Positions 56,556 to 64,000 of a DNA stretch of 64,000 nucleotides are shown here, piece after piece. Both the position numbers and the translations under genes were made by a program. The notes beneath the pieces were generated by a model. That model did no database searches. It saw only the letters and a list, made by a program, of their open reading frames with translations, and had not been told where the DNA came from. How positions within the stretch are numbered: position 1 is the stretch's first letter; every line of letters starts with the position of its first letter. This DNA is from Eledone cirrhosa (lineage: Eukaryota), in assembly GCA_964016885.1 (NCBI GenBank), contig OZ024740.1, positions 153,822,001 to 153,886,000 on the forward strand, written 5' to 3'.

Positions 56556-59500
56556 CCCCCACCCTAATGGAAATTGTGCAGCCCGATACCCGGGACGCAG
56601 AGAGGTAAGTGCCTTTTCTCTTCACCACCAACATGGCTATGCTAAGAGTAGGCTGTTTAAATGCGCGTGGCCTGGGCTCAACTTGGAAGCAAGCAATGCT
56701 TCTAAATGACCTCAGGTCACAACGTATAGATGTGATGGTTATTTGCGAGGCCCGGATCAGCAACGTGCGACAGCTGTCCCCCACCTTTGATGACTTTGAG
56801 ATGCACGCATCTCTCTGTCAGCCCGGAGGTGGGGGTGGAGTTGTCGTTCTGCTGCAAAAACATCTGGGTCTCGCAACACAGATGGTACATTTGGACCCGG
56901 AGGGTCGACTAGTGGTTCTGGACCTTGGCAGTGGTAAAGGCGGAGCGTTTAGGTTGGTAGCCGCCTACGGCCCTTTCGGGTCAATGCGGCCGGACTTCTT
57001 CCATCGTCTGGAGACTTTTCTAGGGACGTCCCGCTCCTTGCTATTAGTGGGGGACTGGAATGGTATCCTAGATGCACGCTGGGACTACGTAGGGGCCTGC
57101 CCCGATAGAGAGGGGTGTAATAGCCTCAAAGGGTTAATCGGTCGATTTGACCTGGCCGATAGATATCGACTAGATTTTCCGACTGCGCCAACCTGGACTT
57201 GGGCAAATCGTAGCGGATCATCTAGGTCGTACCTAGATAGGTTCTTAGTTAGAATTAAGGATAAGGACTTTTTAAGTTGTCCAAAAATGCGCATGGTTGG
57301 CTATTCAGACCACAAATTAGTGACCTGCATGGTCAACCTTGACAGAACTCATAGACAGGGCCCCGGTTACTGGAAGCTCAACTTGTCCTTGCCGGCAAGT
57401 AGAGCCTACAGGAATCGGATTAGTACGTTAGTTAAGGAACGGTTGACTGGAGCGATCGTCAACAGCAGGTGGTGGGTATCTCTAAAGAGAGAGATTAGAG
57501 TAGTCTCGATAGAATTTAGTAAGGTTCTAGCTGCGGATAGGAATAGGAAGGAAAGGGAGCTAATAGATAGAGTAGAAGAGGCAATTAGAAGCGGCGACGT
57601 GGCCAGAGTGCTAGCGTCGAGAACGGCTCTGAGCCAGTTTTTCGACGCGAAGCACGAAGGCTGCGTTGTCCGAAGTAAAATACGTGCTCTAGGGAACGAG
57701 GGGACCAAAGCTGTTAGCTGGGCCCGCGTGACAGAGGCCAACAGTGGAACTAAATCCACCATCCGGTCTTTGCGAGACCTGGATGGACGGGCGATTCTTG
57801 AGCCTAAGCAGATGTGTGAGGCCTTTCAAAGGCACTTTGCCCGACTGTTCGGGAGGGGCGGGGAGCCGGTTGGGAACGTGGACTTCGGTCCATACCTCGA
57901 CGGCCTGCCGCGCCTCTCGGACAGGGAGGCGAAGTCCTGCGAGGAGCCGATTTCGGCCGCTGAGATAGAGGACGTGCTGAGCCAATGCGGCAAACGCAAA
58001 TCCCCGGGTCTCGATGGTCTTCCTTACGAATTATATCTAGCTATGCCGGACTTGTTCCCCGATCTCCTCGAGGCGGTCTACTGCAACTGGCAACAGAACG
58101 GGAGAATTCCCTGTACTGTGACCAAGGGCGTAGTCACGCTAGTGAGGAAGGACGAGAACAAGGGGGACGAAATAAGTAACTTCAGGCCCATAACACTGCT
58201 AAATACAGAGTTACAGATTTTGGCCAAGGTGCTAGCAAAGAGGTTGGCGCTTGTCGTGGGCAACCTGATGGGAGATGCGCAGACATGCGCTATCCCGTCC
58301 AGGTCCATCCATGACAACCTCCACCTCATGCGATACATCATAGAGAGGGTTGGGAACGAACCCGGCTTTGGTGGGGCTCTGATCAACTTGGATCAATCTA
58401 AGGCGTTCGATAGGGTCGACCATGGTTACCTGGATGCGGTGCTAGCGGCGGCAGGCTTCGGACCCGTTTTCAGGGGCTGGATCACTGCTATGCACAGCAG
58501 CCGCATCTGCTCTAGGGTCAAGGTGAACGGCTACCTCTCGGAGCCGTTCAAAATCGCGCGGTCCATCCGACAAGGGTGCCCTCTCTCCTCCCTTCTGTAT
58601 GTGTTGACTCTCGAGCCACTACTGCGGAAGTTGGAGTTGTTGCAGGGCATCCCTTTGGAACCGGGATTGCGGAAAGCGGTGTCGGCCTACGCCGATGACG
58701 TGACAGTAATGGTGTCGACGGCCTCCGAAATCGAGGCGGTCGGCACCTTACTGGAGGAGTACGAAAAGTTCACAGGGGCTAAGCTGAACCGGGACAAGTC
58801 GATCGGTTTGCAACTCGGCACGTGGAGGGGCAGACCGATGCCCTCCGATAGCGTCGTCGGACGCTGGACGGAGGGCCCGGTGAAGTTGCTCGGGGTCTGG
58901 TTCGGACCGGACCTCCAGGTGGAGAAAAACTGGGCGGAGGTTACGAACAGGGTGTTTGCACTGACCCAGAAGTGGGCCAGTTGCAAACTATCCCTGAAAG
59001 GTCGGGCGGAGGTGGCGAACACCTACATAGCGTCCGTCATCTACTACCGCCTGACCGTAGTGCCCTGCCCAAGGGAAACCCTCACCAAGATGGAGCGCGC
59101 GCTCTTCCAATTCCTTTGGAAGAGGCGGGCTCCTATGGTGAGGAGATCCATCTGCTGTCAACACCCTTCGAAAGGAGGGCTGGGGATGCCGTGGCTAATG
59201 ATGCGTAAACACGCATTAAGGCTACGGCACCTCTACGTATTCCTCACCGGACAACCGGTGTGGGCCTCGTTTGTGAGACGAACCTTTCCCAGACTCGTCT
59301 CACTCACCGAGCTGCAATCCTGGGTCAAGCAAAGACCGAGAAAACTGGGCGCCTGGCACACTGAGTGTGCCCAGGCGCTCACCGCCCTCTGGCAGGCGGA
59401 TCCGTGTGTCAGTGGAGACTCCACCGCAACATTCTATAGAGGGCTGGTACGCAACAGGTGCGACGACGCCCTCGGAGAAGCCCTAGACATGGAGGAGGAC

Positions 59501-60333
59501 GAACTGGCTAGCCTGTTCGGTAGGACATTCAGCCCGGGACCTATGGACAACTTCCAGAAGTCCCTGGCCTGGCAGTGCTACCGAGGGGCTTTACCCGTTC
59601 GAGAAAGGCTCTACAGACACGGGCGCCCGGGTAGGGACCCCGCCAAAAAGATCTGTCCCAGATGCGTGTGCGACGAGGAAACCGTTGCACACGCATTAGT
59701 ACACTGCTCGGGCGTAGCCGATCTGTGGGGCTATGTCGAACAACTGCTGTCAAGGGTGGGACCGATCCGGCTGACCACCGAGTCTATTGTAATGATCAAG
59801 CCGCCTCCCCCCTTCAAAGATGAAGCAGAGGCGGTGTTTCTGTGCGTAATAGCCATGGCGAAAGAGGTTGTATGGTGGACGCGTCTGAAAGGACTGAGGT
59901 CGGGCACCTTTCTCTCTGGCCAACAACTGGTCCGTTTCTTCCGATATCATTTCGGAAGAAGGATCAGGATGGAGAGAGAGGTGCTGCACCCCAGCCGTTT
60001 CTATGAAAGATGGGTGAAAGTGGCGAGAATGGCCCGTGTGAATGGGCCTTCACTCTACATCAGACTATAGGTGAGGAAGATGAAAGACCAAGGGAGCACC
60101 CCTCTCTGTGCTCCTGAGGAGAAGGGTTGCACACTTTTTTCGGGGGTGTGTGCGACCCCCCAAGGCGCCTCCTCTCTATTGAGGATTTTGTTAAAAATTT
60201 TATTTTTTGTTATATCTTATTTTATTTTTATATTTTGTTATTGCCTCCTCCTTATTGAGGACGCCTTTTTGTGTAAACTCCCCCCATTGTACTTGTCCCA
60301 CTTTTGATGCCCTAGTGGCAAATAAAAGAAATA
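56556..60333 (+). mobile_element. L1/Tx1-clade LINE, truncated at the end of ORF1, flanked by (TATC)n
   Basis: TATC repeats at about 56536-56555 and 60334-60398; AATAAA near 60320. Confidence 0.9.
56633..60070 (+). CDS. LINE ORF2: APE endonuclease, reverse transcriptase and CCHC knuckle (intact)
   Basis: LNARGL, GDWN, SYLDRF, SDH, KSPGLDG, FRPITLLN, KAFDRV, RQGCPLS, YADD, CPRC..ETVAHALVHC; first ATG at 56633. Confidence 0.95.
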   Translation: MAMLRVGCLNARGLGSTWKQAMLLNDLRSQRIDVMVICEARISNVRQLSPTFDDFEMHASLCQPGGGGGVVVLLQKHLGLATQMVHLDPEGRLVVLDLGSGKGGAFRLVAAYGPFGSMRPDFFHRLETFLGTSRSLLLVGDWNGILDARWDYVGACPDREGCNSLKGLIGRFDLADRYRLDFPTAPTWTWANRSGSSRSYLDRFLVRIKDKDFLSCPKMRMVGYSDHKLVTCMVNLDRTHRQGPGYWKLNLSLPASRAYRNRISTLVKERLTGAIVNSRWWVSLKREIRVVSIEFSKVLAADRNRKERELIDRVEEAIRSGDVARVLASRTALSQFFDAKHEGCVVRSKIRALGNEGTKAVSWARVTEANSGTKSTIRSLRDLDGRAILEPKQMCEAFQRHFARLFGRGGEPVGNVDFGPYLDGLPRLSDREAKSCEEPISAAEIEDVLSQCGKRKSPGLDGLPYELYLAMPDLFPDLLEAVYCNWQQNGRIPCTVTKGVVTLVRKDENKGDEISNFRPITLLNTELQILAKVLAKRLALVVGNLMGDAQTCAIPSRSIHDNLHLMRYIIERVGNEPGFGGALINLDQSKAFDRVDHGYLDAVLAAAGFGPVFRGWITAMHSSRICSRVKVNGYLSEPFKIARSIRQGCPLSSLLYVLTLEPLLRKLELLQGIPLEPGLRKAVSAYADDVTVMVSTASEIEAVGTLLEEYEKFTGAKLNRDKSIGLQLGTWRGRPMPSDSVVGRWTEGPVKLLGVWFGPDLQVEKNWAEVTNRVFALTQKWASCKLSLKGRAEVANTYIASVIYYRLTVVPCPRETLTKMERALFQFLWKRRAPMVRRSICCQHPSKGGLGMPWLMMRKHALRLRHLYVFLTGQPVWASFVRRTFPRLVSLTELQSWVKQRPRKLGAWHTECAQALTALWQADPCVSGDSTATFYRGLVRNRCDDALGEALDMEEDELASLFGRTFSPGPMDNFQKSLAWQCYRGALPVRERLYRHGRPGRDPAKKICPRCVCDEETVAHALVHCSGVADLWGYVEQLLSRVGPIRLTTESIVMIKPPPPFKDEAEAVFLCVIAMAKEVVWWTRLKGLRSGTFLSGQQLVRFFRYHFGRRIRMEREVLHPSRFYERWVKVARMARVNGPSLYIRL

Positions 60334-60398
<65 letters not shown>

Positions 60399-60614
60399 CT
60401 TTATCTGCCTGACGCGTGGAACATTGCCGGTAAGTTTTTTTGTTAATTTCTCTGCAAAATACCGAACTAATTGTTTGATAAAACATATCATCTTGTAGAT
60501 TAACCCCCAAACTGAATTGTCAGCTGGGTGGGAATCCCATTTTTTCGCCCCTTTAGGGGCGAAAACTTAATATAAAAATTGCTTTAAAATATCAAATTTT
60601 GCCAACTATAAAAC

Positions 60615-62490
60615 ATGAATAGCGCGGAAAGAACGCTAGAGAACGAAGACAGAGAGAAGAGAGGGAGAGAGGCAGATATTAACGTTATATCTGCTTTTAC
60701 TACTATGGACGTCGCTATAGATACGACTGTCAACAAATAGAAACAAATATTACCACTTGAAGATTTTAAAATTTCTACCGTCGAAACGAAGAAAAATAAC
60801 ACACAGGAAAATACAGGAATTAAACCTATTAACATACATACACATGAAAAAGACAACAACAACAACTCCATAGATACATCTACACATAAAGTTTCACCTC
60901 AAGAAATTGAGATTTCCAACATCGAAGCTAACAACGATAACAACAACAACAGCAACGCCACACACAAAAAAATGTCTTTCGCCGAAACAGTGAACAAAAA
61001 ACAAGATTTTATATATCTTGACATCTCCAATGCAAGAGATATGCCCCAGCAAGGGAGAAAATTTGTAACTTTCGAAGACAAGGATGGGTTTAGAATTAAT
61101 TCACCCCTCGAAATAAAAGAAGAGACAGTTCGTAAGACCTTTAGGACTGTCTCCAACACAACGAGAAAGCCAATATTTGTTAGTCAAGGGGATATAGAAC
61201 CCACCTTCAAGAATACTCTAGCAAATATTGAATTTCTCCAACTAGGGAAACAGTACGGAAGTGTTTCCGTACTGTTTAAAAGCGAGGCACTCGCCCAAAA
61301 ACATTCTGTGACACCAATGGTGTCAAAAGCATTCACCTTTGGGAAAAAGGACACAAAAAAAAATATATACCACCAAACATTAACATCTGGTGGATCTTGG
61401 CTGGCTTCGTAGAGCCAGAGACTGATATGATTCTTTCGATACGAAAGTCTATTAGACAAAGGTGGGCGGGTACTGATTTGGAGATTTTGATGCAAATGAG
61501 GCCGGAGAGAATCTACAAAATACCCGAAAAAGTCGTATCAACGACAACAAGAAAATAAACATTTCGGTGGAGGGTCGTAAACTTCATTGCTTTCGCTGTG
61601 GTAGCACAGCACACCTAAAGGCCTCCTGTCCTTCACAAACACACCACAACAACATCATTAAAAAACACTATTACCAGCACCAACACCAAAACAACCACCA
61701 CCACAAGTACAACAACAGACGAAACGAGCAAACACACCAAAACAAAAAACCACTCAAACAACAACAACAGAAAAAACAGAGACAACACCCTTGAAGAACA
61801 CAGCCCCACTTCATCCCACTCAATCAAACACTACCACAAACACACACACAGAAACACCACCACCACACAACATCCCCTACCCCACACTCCTGACGATGAT
61901 TATTCATCGATTGATGAGGCTGCTTCTCCTTCTTTAAGTGAAGAAGAAGGAGAGCATCGGAAATATAAAAAACAAAAAAAGAGACATCACAAAACCCCCA
62001 AAACTCCAATCACCAACACCAACACACAACCACAGACACAAACAACAACACAAACAACACCGCAGTCAAACATCCCCCTACCAGTAAAACCAACACCAAA
62101 ACCACCCCAAACACAAGCACCCACCATAAAAAGAAAACTCCCGGGCGAACAACAAACTAAAACAACACAACAAAAACACAAACAACAATACGCATAGATC
62201 AACACAAACTACAAGAGTTTGATGGAGGTGATCGCCCCAAACCCCAAGGTGGAGACGGAGGGCAAAACTTTCGACAAAGCAGAATCGTCTCCACACCTAA
62301 AACTAATAAGGGTTTTGATAGAAACCTATCAGAAATTGAAAAAACAGTTTTCGCAGGATGTTGGCAACCCCTGTCAAAATCCTTTTAACCGCGTCTTATT
62401 AAAATGCTTCCCCACCCCACCCAACACCCCCACCAGAACTGAAATGGAGATTGAACAACCGATCTCCAGGAAACGAAAAGGTAAGTGCAC
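60615..62490 (+). pseudogene. Gag-like ORF1 with zinc knuckle
   Basis: CFRCGSTAHLKASC; Thr/Gln/Pro-rich linker; multiple frameshifts. Confidence 0.75.
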
Positions 62491-62525
62491 CTTTTCGTCC
62501 TTTTCGCCAAATCTTCTTCACCAAC

Positions 62526-64000
62526 ATGGCTAGTTTACGAGTTGGAAGCCTGAATGTGCGTGGCCTAGGGATGCCCTGGAAACAGGGCCAACTTTTAAAC
62601 GGCCTTAGGTCACACGGTATGGATGTGATAGCCATCACCGAGTCCAGGATCCACAACAGGCATCAACTAACCCCCATCTTCGACTTTGAGATCTACGCAT
62701 TTCTCTGTCAGCCAAGAGGTGGAGGGGGAGTGGCTGTCAAATTTCGGAAGAACCTGGACGTCGAATTACAGCAAGTACACTTGGTCCCGGAGGGTAGACT
62801 GGTAGTCCTAGACGTGAATAGTATTGGAGGTGGAGCCTTCAGACTGGTGGCCGTTTATGCTCCGACCAGGCAATCGCAATCACGGCCAGACTTCTTTAAG
62901 CGTCTAGAGTCTTTTCTGGGAATGTCTCGCTCTTTACTTTTAGTGGGGGACGGGAATGGTGTCCTAGATGCACGATGAGACTATGTGGAGTATGTCCCAG
63001 TAGAGGGGGTGCAACAGCCTCAAAACTTTAATAGGCCAATGCCAACTGGTCGATAGGTATCGACTGGATTTCCCAACTGCACCACAGTGGACGTGGGAAA
63101 ACCGCAGCGGGACATCTAGATCGTATTTAGATAGGTTCTTCATTAGAGAAAGGGACAAAGAAATTTTAAGCTGTCCACGAATGCACATGGTTGCCTACTC
63201 AGATCACACATTAGTCGTCTGCTTAGTCAACCGTGATAGAATACATAGACAAGGACCCGGATACTGGAAGCTGAACGTGTCGTTGCAGGCACGTTAAGCT
63301 TACAGTGAACGGATAAGTAGACTAGTCAAGCAACAGTTAACGGGAGCCATCGTCAACAATAGATGGTGGTACTCTCTCAAGAAAGCAATTAGAGTAGAAT
63401 CGATAGAGATAAGCAGAGTTAGCCTTAGAGAGAAACAAAATAGAAAGAGAACTAGTAGCCAAGGTAGAAGAAGCACTTAGAAGTGGCAACACGGCTAGAG
63501 TGTTAGCGTCGAGAACGGCACTAGACCAGTGCTTCGACGTGAAACACGAAGGCTGCGTGGTCAGAAGCAAAACACGTGCTCAAGGAAACGAAGGAGCGAA
63601 AGTTGTCAGCTGGGCCCGAGTGGCGGAGGCAAAAAGTGGCAACAAGTCCACGAGTCAGTCTTTGAAAGACCAAAACAGACGCGTTCTACTTGACTCCAAG
63701 CAAATGTGCGCGGCCTTTCAGCAGCACTTTGCGCGACTGTTTGAGCAGAACGACGGTGAGCTGTACGGGGCAATGGACTTAAGTTCATACCTCGACGGCC
63801 TGTCGCGTCTCTCGAACACGGACGGCGAGTTCTGCGAAAGACCGATCACGGACACTGAGATACGGGATTCGCTGGGCCGCTGCGGGAAACGCAAGTTACT
63901 CGCTCTAGATGGTCTACCCTATGAGTTTGACATAGGAATGCCGGACTTGTCCTCTGGCGTCCTCGAAGCCGTCTCTTGCAATTGGCAGTAGAACGGGAGA
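62526..64000 (+). pseudogene. ORF2 endonuclease/tower region, disrupted
   Basis: MASLRVGSLNVRGL..., GPGYWKLN, LDGLPYE align with the intact ORF2. Confidence 0.9.

Larger units (their letters stand above)
60400..64000 (+). mobile_element. Second, decayed L1/Tx1 LINE (5' UTR, ORF1, start of ORF2), runs off the window
   Basis: Homologous to the 56.6-kb element, with stops and frameshifts. Confidence 0.88.

Noticed and set aside
57085-59989. Short overlapping or antisense ORFs within LINE ORF2
   Set aside because: Expected shadows of a GC-rich coding sequence.

Overview
AT-rich, microsatellite-saturated eukaryotic DNA with no confidently callable host protein gene. The SINE and microsatellite repertoire looks like an octopod cephalopod (inference). 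Contents in order: a decayed, internally deleted Helitron (1-3.7 kb); a tandem tRNA-Leu(CAG) array of 6 full-length and 2 broken copies; RTE-derived (TATG)n-tailed SINE-like elements; a non-autonomous Helitron; several Penelope-like elements (PLEs); MITEs; Nin/Deu-type SINEs; and two head-to-tail L1/Tx1 LINEs in a (TATC)n tract, one with an intact ORF2. Main result: by eye the window holds about 11 hammerhead-ribozyme (HHR) motifs, some degenerate, plus 2 split halves. It also holds three unrelated non-coding families (about 526, 635 and 698 nt units) inserted in (TA)n tracts as circularly permuted, more-than-unit-length copies, some with an inverted 5' piece. This pattern fits hammerhead retrozymes/circular RNAs mobilised by neighbouring Neptune-type Penelope RTs. 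All RNA folds were derived manually and need Infernal/RNAfold and biochemical confirmation.
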